A stretch of DNA of 64,000 nucleotides from Eukaryota sp. TZLM1-RC (taxonomy: Eukaryota > Protista > Metamonada: BaSk clade). The notes beneath the pieces are model-generated. The model saw only the letters and a list, made by a program, of their open reading frames with translations. It was not told where the DNA came from and ran no database searches. A program made the position numbers and the translations under genes. Shown piece after piece: positions 35,403 to 47,146 of this stretch. The stretch covers positions 3,266,550-3,330,549 of the forward strand of contig JAUPSS010000004.1 in the NCBI GenBank assembly GCA_040285825.1, read 5' to 3'. Each line of letters starts with the position of its first letter. The first letter of the stretch is position 1.

Positions 35403-38400
35403 ATGATACTTGATCTCAAAGACTTCTTGAGAATCTCTGTCTGCTCTTTTCTGAATGTAGAACATTCCCTCTTTGAAACTCTCTCATCATCTGGACCTTT
35501 CATCAATATAATTGAATCCTTTCAAAACTCTGCAACAACACCACGACTCTTTTTTCTCCTAAATGACACTTCTTCTGAAATCTCAGTCACAAGCACACTT
35601 CCTCCTTTTTCATATCCTGGCACTGTTGTATACACCATTAAGTTAACCATTTCAACTCTCCCATCGTCTGCTTCTCTTTTGACTTACTACTCCCTCATCC
35701 TCACAGGTAGTGTTATCCCCACCTCTTCTCTTTCCACTTTCTCTAGTCTTCTCCACCATGTTGCACCTCCTCTTCTGGGCCCTCTTGATCGTTCCAAAGC
35801 TACTTCTCTAACCAGAACTTCCACCACTGATACAGTTTTTAAACGTGAAAAGGAATCATACCAGTCCAAAGAATCACCTCAACTCCTACTTGAAACTTCT
35901 ACCCACCTTAACTTAGTTTTGTCGACCCTAACTCTCCGAAATTCCAAATCTAACCCCAACCCTAACCTCAATAAAATTGAGTTTGCATTCCCTCCAATTT
36001 TTGAAATTTTGTTATCTTGTTTGAATATTTCAGATCCCTCGGCATTGGACATTCTATTGCATGACCAAATAGAAGGAAAGTCTGAGCATTCCGGCAAAAC
36101 CAACAATACCCATCATCCTAAATCTGTGTTAGAAAAACAAATCCGGCAAATAGATGGGGGCATTAGGGGGCAAATTCTATTAATTATTCAACGTTGTGTT
36201 TCTAATTGGAGCTCAATGTTGGAAATGATTGAATCAGAAAGTCCGTATGATGACGAAGTTTCCGATCTGGACACGTGTACACAGTTGGTAACCTGTTTTT
36301 CTGATTTTTTCAAACAAAAACACGAGAAACTCTCCTCATTTGTTGATTTTTTCTCTTCTTTTAGAGTCAATATTTGCTTAAAAGTACTTGAATTATTACG
36401 CTCCAATTGCTATTGTGTACTTACCAAACTATTAAAAGATTTGAATAATTCAGCTGAACTTGCGCTAAATAATTTCCACGCTGCCAAAGTGTTACAGCCC
36501 CAATTGTGTAAGCTAGTGTCGTGTGATATTGAGGAATTAGAAAGGTCGATTCCTTCAATTTTTCAGTATTTGTATTTAACTTGGCGACATTCCCAATTAA
36601 TTGAAAGTCCAAATAGTTCAGCCAAGCTCACTTTTATGGTTTCAAAATTAATATGTTTCAGATTGGCAAACTACATTTGCTCACCTGAAATGTTTTCAAA
36701 TATAAAAGCAGTACTAGTTCCTTTAATTTCTACATTAAATACCAATGATGGTATTGTTCTTTTAGAGGTTGCTTTGGATATTAAAGAACGGGTTTTGCTT
36801 TCCTTAAAATTATTAACAATTATTAAATCTGTTTACGTTTCTGCAAGAACCAGGGCCTTAAGCGAGTCTTCTAAATTTATCTGGAAACCAATCACTTCTG
36901 TTTTGACTTTTGTTGACTTTTTTGGAGAACGTTTAACTGATTTGTTGTTCCTAGTGAATATTACTACTGCTTTAGCATCTGTTTCTAGAATGAGTACTAA
37001 TTTTTCCAATGGCGATGCTGAATTTTCCAAGGTTTCTGTGTTAGTTATCAATGCTTTTAATTTAATCAACTCATTATTAAATAGTGTGAATTTATCTATT
37101 GGACTTGTTGGAAAGTGCGATAATTGGGATCAATTTTTTGTTGATTTTAGGCAATCTATTAGGAGTTTTGATGCCGAATTTGCTGATGTTTTGAAAATAT
37201 TTCTTTCCCAAACAGTTTTTAAGCTTTCAATCATATCCCAAATTTCTATATTCGAATTATTTCTGCCAGTTAAACTCATAGGGAGCTCATGCGCTCTTCT
37301 CGTCAACCGAAGTTTATCTGAATTATTCGAATCAATCAATACACATTTACTTAACTTAAAAATAGATTATTCTTCTTTTGTATTATCTTTAAATTCCATA
37401 AATGAGGAAAACTTACCTACTGATTGTTCTATTTCACAACGAATAGCTTCAAAGCTGGACTCTTTGGTTGATCTGGATGTGTCAGCTCTCAGAGTGAGTT
37501 TTCCCTTTGTTTATAACAAATCTGCGTTTTTCTCAAATTTATTTAATTTCACAGTATCATTTTACAAGGAAACAAGTAAAATGGCGCAATTAATTAAAAA
37601 TTTGTCAATTTCCCATTATTTTGAAGATTTTTATGACCATATTAAAGAAACAAATTTACCCTCTCATGAAGGTTCGGATAATCAATCACTTTTTCAATCA
37701 GAGTTTTCTGTTTATAGAAGTAGAAGATCTAGTGTGGCGTCATCTGTAATGAATCATTTGACTAATAAACCAAAACCAAAATTGAAATCAAATTTCTCTA
37801 TTTCTGATTTAATTGATTTTATTGAAACAATTACTGATGATGTGGGTTCTTTTAAGTCAAGTTGTCTTGAAATTATGAACACCATTCTTTCAAAATTCAT
37901 TGCTATTTCTGATAATATTTCACTTTATTTCAATGAATTTAGAACGCCAACGAGTCCATTTTTGGAATTTAAAGAAGGGGCGTTTTCTCTTTCTCGTAAT
38001 TTCTCAACTGCTAACTACTTGTCACGTGACTATTTTGACCTGTCTAGATCAATCAAATCAAGTGATTGCCAGTCAAATTTATTTTTTAATTTAAGTGAAG
38101 ATTTCGTATCGCATGCTCTTTTTGTCAGAACCCACCATTCTAAACTTTCCCTACTTGAGTCTTGCTGTAAAGTTTACAATGACGTTTCCAATTTACCTTC
38201 AGCCATCGCCCTGTTACTGTCATCCCATTCTGATTCTTTATTTGAATTATTAAGTTTTTTATCAAATAAAGTAGTTGGTTTTGCAGATGATCAGTTTTCG
38301 GAACTTTGTTTCGAATTAGAATCAGTTTGTGGTTCAATCACTGAAATAATTGATTCAATCAATTCTTTGATTGATTACATTGATTGCGTTTCAACCATAC

Positions 38401-41400
38401 CACCTCTAAAACCAGTAGTCAACACTCATTTTGATCAATTTTCCAGTCAAATCCAATCTTTTATTAATGCTAGTAGTATTAAAATTCAGAATATCACCAA
38501 GACTGTGATATCAAAGTTAATATTAATTAGGGATAGTGTTCAGTTATCTTTAGGAAGTCCCTTTTGGTTAAGTTTTTGTTGTTTTATCTGGAATTTATTT
38601 AGGAAAAATTTGGAAATGTTTTCATGTGGATTTTTTGAGAAATTATCCCAGTATTTTTGTAATATTTTAGTTTTTGATCTCAAATTTTCAGCAAATGAGC
38701 TTTATCTTGACAATCATAATTCAAATCAATCAACTGTTTCCTTTCTCATCTCCCTCTTCTTCAAATCAATTACAAATTCCCTCCCTCAGACAACTTCCCA
38801 AGCCACTGGTGCTGATTTTGAGTTGCTTAATTCCGAAAATGAATTAGAATTCAACAATAACCAAGCCCAAGATCTTGACGAAAGTGTTGTTGGGCTTTTA
38901 AATTTTGGAAGGTCTTCCCCTTGTGTGGCTTTGGCAGTAGAGGGCGTTTATTCTACTCTAGGTGAAGCTTGCGATAATACAAATATTTGCTTAGATGTTG
39001 TCAAAAATTCTTTATTTAAATGGCAAGAGTATAGCTCAGAACAAGGATCAAAAATGAGCTCAGATTCGGAGAATATTATTGACCATCTTTCTAAATCAAT
39101 CATTTTACGTGATGATCTTTTGAATTCATTAAACAAGGCGTTCAATAACGTTGAAAACAATTTTGTTTACTCATTCATAGTATACACCAAGCAATGTGAG
39201 TCTTCTTTTTTGCATTTGGTGTCGCACACAATGTCTGAATCTTTTTCAATCATTTCTGATTATGTCAACCAGTTATTAACTGAAACTGATTTAGTTTTTG
39301 ACTCTCAGGAACGTGAACTTTTGGAGAATGTTATTTTAAATGCAAATAATCAGGATTATTTCACCTTTGATACTATTTTCTGTTCATTATCTTCTTATAT
39401 TAAAGTTAAATCTTGGATTGAATCTCAATCTGTTTCAGTAATAGAACAATTAGACACTCTATTTGATTTGATTCCTTCAATAGGTACTTATTTTGACAAT
39501 ACTTTTACTAAACTTTTTGAAGAATTCAGCAAAAGAAAGTCTTTTATTTTGAGTTTTTCTTCCGTTTTGTCCAAATTCACTTCGATTATTCATCCACTTT
39601 TACCTAATTTTATTGATTCCGTATTTGCAAAGGGTCAAGATCATGAGTCTCTTGTTCTAGAATTATCCAATGTAGTTTCTAATAATATTGGAAATGGTCA
39701 TGTTGGGCTATTTAATAATGTTTTAACCGAATTTCCGTCTTGGACTAGAATAGGTTCTAATAATGTCATTAATAGTACCAAGAAAACGAATTTAACTAAT
39801 GCGAAGCAATTCTTGACCACCGTACTTGACCGGTTTCCTTTGAATGAGTTTGAAATGATTGAAAAGTTCAGGAAAGTGTTGACTGAATTGGGAAGCTATA
39901 TGTCTTTTTCTTTTGATCATTCTTATTTAGCAAATCTTTTAAATAATTCATCTTTATTTTTGACAAAACTGCGAAATTTCCTGACCTTTGTACAACTTTT
40001 AGAAGATTTATTGGAATTCATTTCATCAATTGATTCTACATTATTCATTGATTTTGAGGCTGATTCAATTATATCCGGTTTAAATAAATTTAAAAACGAA
40101 GATGATTGTTTAAATAAATTTATTGATGATATAATTATTTCAATTGAAGATGTGAATACTGTTTTTCTTTTGTTTAATTCTTTTACTACCAAAAAATCAG
40201 CTGAAAATCTCTTATCCAAACGATACAATATTGAGATTAATTCAGTCAATATCAGTGATTTGTTGTTGGTTTTCTCCAATGATGAGCAATTTTCTAATGC
40301 TTATAACGACTTGTTTCGCCTTTCTGAATATTTATCTATAAGTTCTTTTATTGAAACTAGTAGATGTAGGTTCTCCAACTTTATATTGGAAACAAAATCT
40401 GTAAATTTCAATATCATGAAAGAAAGTTGTCTTGATTGCTGTTTACAAGCTCACCCTGAGCTACTTTCGAAATATTCGGCATTTTTGACAACTTTACCCT
40501 CAAAATTTCAGCTCAATTTTATTACATTACCGTGCTCTCTTCTGGTAACCGCCAGTTATCCAAAGTTTCGTGACATTTTTATTGATGAACTTTCAAATAT
40601 TCATGAAAAATTCACCACTTCAAAGTTCAGTCACCCTGAGCTAATTGTTTATAACACTGAGCTCACCGTTTCCAAGCAAAGTATCGAAAAACTTTATTTT
40701 GTGGTTGAAAACCTTGATTTTGTTTTCATTATTCTATCGCTACTTTCAAATCTGCAATTCACGATTGATACTACCCAAGTTGAATCATTTTTATCAATGA
40801 GAGCTTCAGTTTGTGCAGTTCTTTCTACTATCACTTCATCACATGACATTATCGATGCAATGACGTTTACATCAATCAACATTGATTCGATTTTTGACCT
40901 GCTTGAAACTCAACTTCCCTTGTTGACAAGTCAGCTTGTTCAAATTTCCTCTTATTTAAGTTTAATACCAGTTTTTGATTTTTTCCCTTTTTTTGCCAAA
41001 TTATTATTGTCAATTCGTACTAATATTTCTTTTCCTATTCAATTTGCTTCTATTATTCCTGGTGTTGAAAGTTTAAAATTAGAATATAGATCAAATTTAA
41101 TTAAATTAATTTCTTTTACTGTTAATTCAAAAGAAATATTACTAGTAAAAGAATTGCATTTTGAATCATCAAATTCGAGTTCAATTATCAATGAATTATT
41201 TACTTCTATTGAAAATGAGTTACTTTTATTTTTCAAAAATTCAATTAATGAAGAATCAGATACTGATTTTGAAGATTTTGAAGAAGAGTCTTCATTACCA
41301 CTGTGCTTTTCCTTCTTTAAAGGCAAATCAACTATTGATAATATTCTCAAATCAATCAATAATTCTAATTTTCTTCCTGAATTACCTAAACTTCCAGGAC

Positions 41401-44400
41401 TGTGTCATTTTTCTCTTTTAAATTCTCCAAATTTTTGCCTACTTGGAGATGGTGAGCTCTTTGTTGATGGAAGTTCATTACAACCACCATGTCTAAAATT
41501 TCCCAAATCTTTTTTCGAATCTATTTCCAAGTCCAGCGTTTTAATTATCTGCCATGATTTAATTAATAATGCCATTAATGATTTGATGGTTTTTTCTTAT
41601 CAAAAAACGTGTCTATTTGTTTTTATTAATTCTCCTGATTATTTGGTCAAGAATCAGAATATTTTACTAATTCCAAATAGAATAGTTGTATTATTTCTGT
41701 CTGGCAGATTTTCTGATCTATCCCCGCAAATTCAAGATTTTATTAAATTGGTTCCAAAAAATTTAATTATTGTTTCTAAGTGTTTATTACCTAAGAGCAT
41801 TAGTAAGTTGTTTTCAGCTACTTTTGAATATGGTTCAAAGGAATTAAAACATGCAAATGGCCTCCAAATTTTCAAGGATGCTGATCTTGAAACACCATCC
41901 CTTTCTCCTCACTTGTCAAGTATTTGCAAAATTTTGACCACTATTTCATCTGACAATTACCCAACTTCTAACTATTTAAAAGCTTTACTCTCGTCGAGTT
42001 CAAACCCAACCGAAGTTCCATCAATTTTCGTAAAAGATTGCATTAATTCCATATTAACTAATTTCAATACCATTGTTTTCAATGTTGGAAATCCTTGTTT
42101 TTTGTCAGAATTATTGTCACTACCCCTAATGACAATTTCTGATTTTACATCAACGGCCCAATTGAATTCTATCATAGAATACGACCAATCTTGTGTGATT
42201 TCCATTAATGTGTTTAATTCTAAACTCTTTTCTGTTTTAAATAAGCGACATTTATCAAAACACAAGACTTTGTTATGTCTATATGACTTACCTCTTGATT
42301 TAGTTTCTTCTAGCTTTTTAAATTGTCCATTATTTAATCTTAATAATTCGAAAATCAACACTAATTTCTCCAAGAGCATCCTATTCGTTCCCAATACCTG
42401 CCCTTCAGTCGTGGACTTGACAAAGGGTCAATATTCAAGTACTTTTTTGGCCTCAAAGTCTGTGTTTGCTCCCGTTTATAATACTAAGTATACCACAGTT
42501 AAATCTGTTTCAAAGAGTTTACGTGGGGTGTCACTTGACCAAATTTTTAAGTTTATTAGTGAACACGTCATCAGAATGACTAGTAGAGATCACAATCTTC
42601 CATGTGAAATATTGTATCCCAAATATTCAGCATTTCTGGTCATGATTTTTCTTGACTGTGATGAAGCTGATATGATTGTTCTGTCCTATTTACTTGCCCA
42701 TTCTGGAAAGTACAACACGTCACCACAACTTTCTGATTATATTCGGTTTGTTTTTGCCCAGGATAATCTTAATACACCTCAATCAAGTTTATTGTCACCA
42801 ACTTTGGCTTATACAATTACCCCATTCAAAGCCCAAAATTTGCAAGTATCACCCGAAATTTTCAATTTTTTGTCGGTTTTGGAACAATTATTGACTCTCA
42901 AATGGTCTGAAGAATCTTCATTATGGGCGGAAAGCTTTAATGTGGCTGTTTCCGATTTAAATCTCGAATTAACTCGCCTAATTCATCAAATTTGTCTATT
43001 AATTGCAACATTTGCTCAGTTATACCCAAAAGTTTTTAATACTCTGCCACATTTATTTTATTTATTCGATTTCTTGGCTTCTTTTAAACCAAAGTGTGGC
43101 CGTGGAAAAATTTTCAATTGTATTATTCCCTTTATTTGTTCTAAATTGGGGAGTATAGCATGTGGTTATGAAACTTACCTCTCTGATTGTTTTAATATTA
43201 CGAATGATTTAATTCAAATAACTTGCCAAATTTTCAACTCGAATCATTTATTTGAAGTGAAATCTGTTGAGACTGAGCTTGACTATTGTCTGTTTTATGG
43301 TCGATACTTGCCTATTTTGGAAGGTACTGATTTCGATATGAGATGTGAGTTTTCTAGCGATAATATGAATTTTGGATGTATTACCGATCAGGATTCTTTA
43401 TTTTCTTATTTTGAAGTTCTTTTTTCTTGTATTTTACCAGAAAATTCAGTAATTTTGCCCTCATTTTTAACTTTAATACCCTGTATTCAATCATTTTGTT
43501 TAGCTTGTCCTCTTTCCACTTACTCTCCAGCGTTCTCTATCCAAGGACCTTCCTTTTCTGGAAGGAGAACAGTACTGAATGCATTGAAATTTGTTTGTAG
43601 TGACTCAATATTAATTGATGCGGCCACTTTAAGAGTTAAAATTGATCCCCACCTCAAAATTTGGACTTGTCAGTCTGAATTGACACATTTAACCACTCTA
43701 CTTACTCATCAATTTACTCAATTCATGCCTCTCTTAACAGCTGATAACATTAGTCATGGCATTATGAATCTGGTCCATGTGTTGTCACTGAACACAGAAC
43801 TAACCTGTTGCATAGGTGCTTATGCTTGGGTTCCTAACCTAATGACGTCTTGGTTGGAGTCATTGACAAGTTCTAGGAAGGTCTTAAGGGGTGCTTTGAG
43901 TGGTTTGCACAAGGATAATCGTTTTTCACAGTTAGCTAACCATTTAGATTTCCTACAACAACGCTATTCATTGACAAAATCCAATGACCTCACTAGTGAA
44001 GTACCCAATATATTATCTAGAATAGGTGAATGTCAGTTGTTAATGGACGAAATTCCCAAAACTTTAGAAAACTTGTTGATGGAACAAGAAGATCTAAGGT
44101 CAAGTTTGGTCTCCACAACAGGTCAAATTTCATCAATCAAAGATTATTATGAGCCTTATTTAGCCATCGCACATGAGGCTCTTGAATCTGCTTTTGATAC
44201 AAATTCCCTTGCAGGATTATACTCAGTTGCTAGACCCACCCCAATGATGCTCGTACTTGCAAAAGTTGTCCTATATCTCATTTCCGATTCCACAATGGAG
44301 CTATCAGAATCATCAATGCGATGGTCTACATTTAGGCTTCTACTGTTATCTCTTGATAAACTACATGACAAACTATCAAATCTAGATCTTGCCAAGCTGC

Positions 44401-45284
44401 CTGATAGAGTTGTTTCATCTGCAATCTCTACCCTTGAACGTATTAATGTCTATATGGAACCTCAATCTCTACCCTCTACTCCACTTCGACAACGGAGATC
44501 TCTTCCACATTATGCAAAGACATTGAAACTTATGGGAATGAATGTGGCTCCTTGTTTTGCTACTGATGGTGATGATTTTGACATGTCTGGAGTTGGTCAT
44601 TTATTGGTTTATGCTTGCTGTTCATTGAAAGCGGCATTTGGTTTGAAAGAATTAGATGTTTTGAATCAGCGACAAGCTGAGTATTTCCAAAATTTGGAGA
44701 ACACTGGAACTGATCTCGTTGCGTGTCTTCAACACAAAGAGTTATTAACTGCTGAACTTAATCAATTAAATTCTCGATTTGATTGTTACCTTGTTGATTC
44801 AATGATGAAAACCAGGGAAATCGAGGGAAATTTACCTTTTTTAACCGCCATCTCCAACAGCATTAAGCATTTTGGTCTTTTAAAGCAACATTTACAAAGA
44901 ATTAAAAGTGATTTAAATCAATCTCTTTCAATTGGATTATTTTGTCTTCGTTGTTTTTCTTCCATGATTCTTTATTATTCAGAATCTTCTCAAGTTTCCA
45001 ATATAATGTCTACTATTATCGAAGACCTCAAAAATCGGGCACTACTTTGTGAGGAATCACAAACAAAATTGGTGCAATCATATTTGAATAATGGAATTGA
45101 TAATTCTGAAATAATTACCAGGATCCAAAATGATGTTTATTCATATACACAACTCTCTACGCAACTTCTATCCTTATTGGAAGATCTGAAAAGTTATTCT
45201 TCTACGTCCGATTATTTTTCATTAGAATCATTGCTTCAAAATTGTTGTACTGTAGCAGAAGAATTACTAACCTTGAAAATTTAA
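35403..45284 (+). CDS. Giant degenerate dynein heavy chain-like protein
   Basis: Tail-like N-terminus (VSNWSSML, IFQYLYLTWRHS); stalk/MTBD-like segment EPYLAIAHEALES..LYSVARPTPMMLVLAKVVLYLI..W..LL; no intact Walker A motif seen. Confidence 0.6.
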   Translation: MILDLKDFLRISVCSFLNVEHSLFETLSSSGPFINIIESFQNSATTPRLFFLLNDTSSEISVTSTLPPFSYPGTVVYTIKLTISTLPSSASLLTYYSLILTGSVIPTSSLSTFSSLLHHVAPPLLGPLDRSKATSLTRTSTTDTVFKREKESYQSKESPQLLLETSTHLNLVLSTLTLRNSKSNPNPNLNKIEFAFPPIFEILLSCLNISDPSALDILLHDQIEGKSEHSGKTNNTHHPKSVLEKQIRQIDGGIRGQILLIIQRCVSNWSSMLEMIESESPYDDEVSDLDTCTQLVTCFSDFFKQKHEKLSSFVDFFSSFRVNICLKVLELLRSNCYCVLTKLLKDLNNSAELALNNFHAAKVLQPQLCKLVSCDIEELERSIPSIFQYLYLTWRHSQLIESPNSSAKLTFMVSKLICFRLANYICSPEMFSNIKAVLVPLISTLNTNDGIVLLEVALDIKERVLLSLKLLTIIKSVYVSARTRALSESSKFIWKPITSVLTFVDFFGERLTDLLFLVNITTALASVSRMSTNFSNGDAEFSKVSVLVINAFNLINSLLNSVNLSIGLVGKCDNWDQFFVDFRQSIRSFDAEFADVLKIFLSQTVFKLSIISQISIFELFLPVKLIGSSCALLVNRSLSELFESINTHLLNLKIDYSSFVLSLNSINEENLPTDCSISQRIASKLDSLVDLDVSALRVSFPFVYNKSAFFSNLFNFTVSFYKETSKMAQLIKNLSISHYFEDFYDHIKETNLPSHEGSDNQSLFQSEFSVYRSRRSSVASSVMNHLTNKPKPKLKSNFSISDLIDFIETITDDVGSFKSSCLEIMNTILSKFIAISDNISLYFNEFRTPTSPFLEFKEGAFSLSRNFSTANYLSRDYFDLSRSIKSSDCQSNLFFNLSEDFVSHALFVRTHHSKLSLLESCCKVYNDVSNLPSAIALLLSSHSDSLFELLSFLSNKVVGFADDQFSELCFELESVCGSITEIIDSINSLIDYIDCVSTIPPLKPVVNTHFDQFSSQIQSFINASSIKIQNITKTVISKLILIRDSVQLSLGSPFWLSFCCFIWNLFRKNLEMFSCGFFEKLSQYFCNILVFDLKFSANELYLDNHNSNQSTVSFLISLFFKSITNSLPQTTSQATGADFELLNSENELEFNNNQAQDLDESVVGLLNFGRSSPCVALAVEGVYSTLGEACDNTNICLDVVKNSLFKWQEYSSEQGSKMSSDSENIIDHLSKSIILRDDLLNSLNKAFNNVENNFVYSFIVYTKQCESSFLHLVSHTMSESFSIISDYVNQLLTETDLVFDSQERELLENVILNANNQDYFTFDTIFCSLSSYIKVKSWIESQSVSVIEQLDTLFDLIPSIGTYFDNTFTKLFEEFSKRKSFILSFSSVLSKFTSIIHPLLPNFIDSVFAKGQDHESLVLELSNVVSNNIGNGHVGLFNNVLTEFPSWTRIGSNNVINSTKKTNLTNAKQFLTTVLDRFPLNEFEMIEKFRKVLTELGSYMSFSFDHSYLANLLNNSSLFLTKLRNFLTFVQLLEDLLEFISSIDSTLFIDFEADSIISGLNKFKNEDDCLNKFIDDIIISIEDVNTVFLLFNSFTTKKSAENLLSKRYNIEINSVNISDLLLVFSNDEQFSNAYNDLFRLSEYLSISSFIETSRCRFSNFILETKSVNFNIMKESCLDCCLQAHPELLSKYSAFLTTLPSKFQLNFITLPCSLLVTASYPKFRDIFIDELSNIHEKFTTSKFSHPELIVYNTELTVSKQSIEKLYFVVENLDFVFIILSLLSNLQFTIDTTQVESFLSMRASVCAVLSTITSSHDIIDAMTFTSINIDSIFDLLETQLPLLTSQLVQISSYLSLIPVFDFFPFFAKLLLSIRTNISFPIQFASIIPGVESLKLEYRSNLIKLISFTVNSKEILLVKELHFESSNSSSIINELFTSIENELLLFFKNSINEESDTDFEDFEEESSLPLCFSFFKGKSTIDNILKSINNSNFLPELPKLPGLCHFSLLNSPNFCLLGDGELFVDGSSLQPPCLKFPKSFFESISKSSVLIICHDLINNAINDLMVFSYQKTCLFVFINSPDYLVKNQNILLIPNRIVVLFLSGRFSDLSPQIQDFIKLVPKNLIIVSKCLLPKSISKLFSATFEYGSKELKHANGLQIFKDADLETPSLSPHLSSICKILTTISSDNYPTSNYLKALLSSSSNPTEVPSIFVKDCINSILTNFNTIVFNVGNPCFLSELLSLPLMTISDFTSTAQLNSIIEYDQSCVISINVFNSKLFSVLNKRHLSKHKTLLCLYDLPLDLVSSSFLNCPLFNLNNSKINTNFSKSILFVPNTCPSVVDLTKGQYSSTFLASKSVFAPVYNTKYTTVKSVSKSLRGVSLDQIFKFISEHVIRMTSRDHNLPCEILYPKYSAFLVMIFLDCDEADMIVLSYLLAHSGKYNTSPQLSDYIRFVFAQDNLNTPQSSLLSPTLAYTITPFKAQNLQVSPEIFNFLSVLEQLLTLKWSEESSLWAESFNVAVSDLNLELTRLIHQICLLIATFAQLYPKVFNTLPHLFYLFDFLASFKPKCGRGKIFNCIIPFICSKLGSIACGYETYLSDCFNITNDLIQITCQIFNSNHLFEVKSVETELDYCLFYGRYLPILEGTDFDMRCEFSSDNMNFGCITDQDSLFSYFEVLFSCILPENSVILPSFLTLIPCIQSFCLACPLSTYSPAFSIQGPSFSGRRTVLNALKFVCSDSILIDAATLRVKIDPHLKIWTCQSELTHLTTLLTHQFTQFMPLLTADNISHGIMNLVHVLSLNTELTCCIGAYAWVPNLMTSWLESLTSSRKVLRGALSGLHKDNRFSQLANHLDFLQQRYSLTKSNDLTSEVPNILSRIGECQLLMDEIPKTLENLLMEQEDLRSSLVSTTGQISSIKDYYEPYLAIAHEALESAFDTNSLAGLYSVARPTPMMLVLAKVVLYLISDSTMELSESSMRWSTFRLLLLSLDKLHDKLSNLDLAKLPDRVVSSAISTLERINVYMEPQSLPSTPLRQRRSLPHYAKTLKLMGMNVAPCFATDGDDFDMSGVGHLLVYACCSLKAAFGLKELDVLNQRQAEYFQNLENTGTDLVACLQHKELLTAELNQLNSRFDCYLVDSMMKTREIEGNLPFLTAISNSIKHFGLLKQHLQRIKSDLNQSLSIGLFCLRCFSSMILYYSESSQVSNIMSTIIEDLKNRALLCEESQTKLVQSYLNNGIDNSEIITRIQNDVYSYTQLSTQLLSLLEDLKSYSSTSDYFSLESLLQNCCTVAEELLTLKI

Positions 45285-45633
45285 TTTGAATTTATACCAT
45301 CCATTGATGAATTATTCTTTTTTGGGCTTAATTGTGTTCGTTTTTGTTTGTTTTTGTTAGTATTTTAATAGCATTTTTTGTAAAATATTTTGTATTTTTG
45401 TTCATTTGTAGTCTTATCCCACATTCATTCTCACTAAATAATTCAGCTTTTAGATGAAGACAATCTTCTGTGTCCTTGGAGTGGTCCTTTTAGTCGTCAT
45501 TTAAGGTGGTCATTTCTGTGATATAGTAGACATGTTTCAGAAAGCTACGGATTGTCGGACTCTGGAATTGACAATGTCCAATTAAATTTTTTTGGTTGAA
45601 TCATGTCCTTTTGAAGTTTCAGACAGAGAAATA

Positions 45634-46352
45634 GTCGAGGACGCAGACATCCAGTCGAAATTTTACCTGAAAGGCCCCTTATTGGTGTTGATCTGCGCCA
45701 ATCCAGATTATGTGGTTACTTCTTAAATCATAATCAATGTGGAATTATCCCTTGTCCAACTGGCAGAAGATACATGATAAAACCTTCACCCAGTAAACAC
45801 TCTCCCAACCAATATTCCGTTCAAAATTTCAATTCAATATTTGAACCATTGGATTTGGTCAGGAGCAAAGTGTATTTGGAAAGTAATCGCCAGAAATGGA
45901 AAATGATTAAATTTGATAACCGCAAACGAAAAGAGAGACAGTTCTGAGAATTTCAACAAATTTCAAAGGCTGGCTGGACATCCTGAAAAACTCTATCTTG
46001 CTGTGGGTTTTGCTAATTTCCCTTCTCATTGCCGAGAAATCAATCGATATTGGATCAGCCAGGGCTTTCAGAAAATGGTTGTGTTATTAAAAATGCGTGA
46101 AGCACTTGTCAACCAGTGAGTTTAATACAAGCAAAATGTCAAGTTGTTGCATGGCTGAGAATATTCAAGCAGGCTCATGGCAGATGCGTATTTGTACTGA
46201 GTGTCAAATAGTATATGACGTAGATATTTCCGCTGCAAGAAATATTCAAATTAAGAAGAAAGCTGAATTGTGGCTGGAAAGATACATTTGCCCAGAAGCG
46301 CTGTTGAGGAGATGAATGAAGAACCTGAGCATACAGAAACTAAAACTTTTGA
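45634..46352 (+). mobile_element. Second, truncated and decayed copy of Fanzor family 1
   Basis: Highly similar to 1437-2157; contains stops and indels; similarity ends 37 bp after the stop codon. Confidence 0.88.
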
Positions 46353-46399
46353 AAAACTGATGTTTTATTTTGAGTTTTTAAATCAATCACTCCGCTTCA

Positions 46400-46996
46400 C
46401 TCTGACCCACTCATCAATAGATGTTTATGACGTGCAGAGATTGAATCATTATCTGCTTGACATATCAACTATCGGTGACTATAAGGATTATGTATGAAGG
46501 TAATAACGTAAGACGATCATTGCTAAAGCAGCAAATATATCTGAGTGCTCGAAAAGCATTGAGGAGAAACACATTTGACTTCATTATAAGAAAACAGAAA
46601 TGATTCAGCTCCATTATCAACAAAGTGAGAAAATTTGCAGACGATCGAGAAGTAAAGGTGTGGTTTGGCAATGGAGGTGGTGCTACATCACGTCAAAAAG
46701 TAAAAACTCCACGTAAGGCGTTTCTCAAGTTGTTGCAATGTTCATTTGCTAATGTGAAGATCGGAGATGAATATATGACATCTGCAAAGGTGAACTGCTG
46801 CAAGATGCTACACCAAAAGATCTATCGAGAAGTTGATGGTGAAGTTAAAGTTCACAACGCCTATTTCAGTTGTCCGGAATGTAATCAAGTATGGTCTAGA
46901 GACATTTCTGCATCACTAAATCAGCTAGAAATTGCAATTAGTGAGCACTACTATGGAACAAGACTAGAAGCATTCCAGAGACCACAAAGAAACTAG
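46400..46996 (+). mobile_element. Fanzor/TnpB C-terminal fragment, family 2
   Basis: VWFGNG, GDEYMTS..NCC, CPEC..WSRDISASLN motifs; 5' part decayed, start approximate. Confidence 0.75.
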
Positions 46997-47110
46997 CTTC
47001 AAAGCTACGTATTGTTCTAGAGGAGAAATGGGCTCACTGAGATTGGTGGCCAATTATTCGAGGATTCTAGAACGTCTGTGGACGATCTCACCAAGGATGA
47101 AAGTTCTTGG
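46994..47110 (+). ncRNA. Candidate omegaRNA of Fanzor family 2
   Basis: Consecutive stems directly after the stop; TGAGAT (47038-47043) complementary to ATCTCA (47085-47090); terminal hairpin with GAAA loop. Confidence 0.55.
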
Positions 47111-47146
47111 AATAAGTTTGAATGATGCTTGACGAAAGCATTTCAA

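Noticed and set aside
35687-44395. Many short antisense ORFs within long genes (also elsewhere in the window)
   Set aside because: Shadows of the coding strand with no independent motifs.
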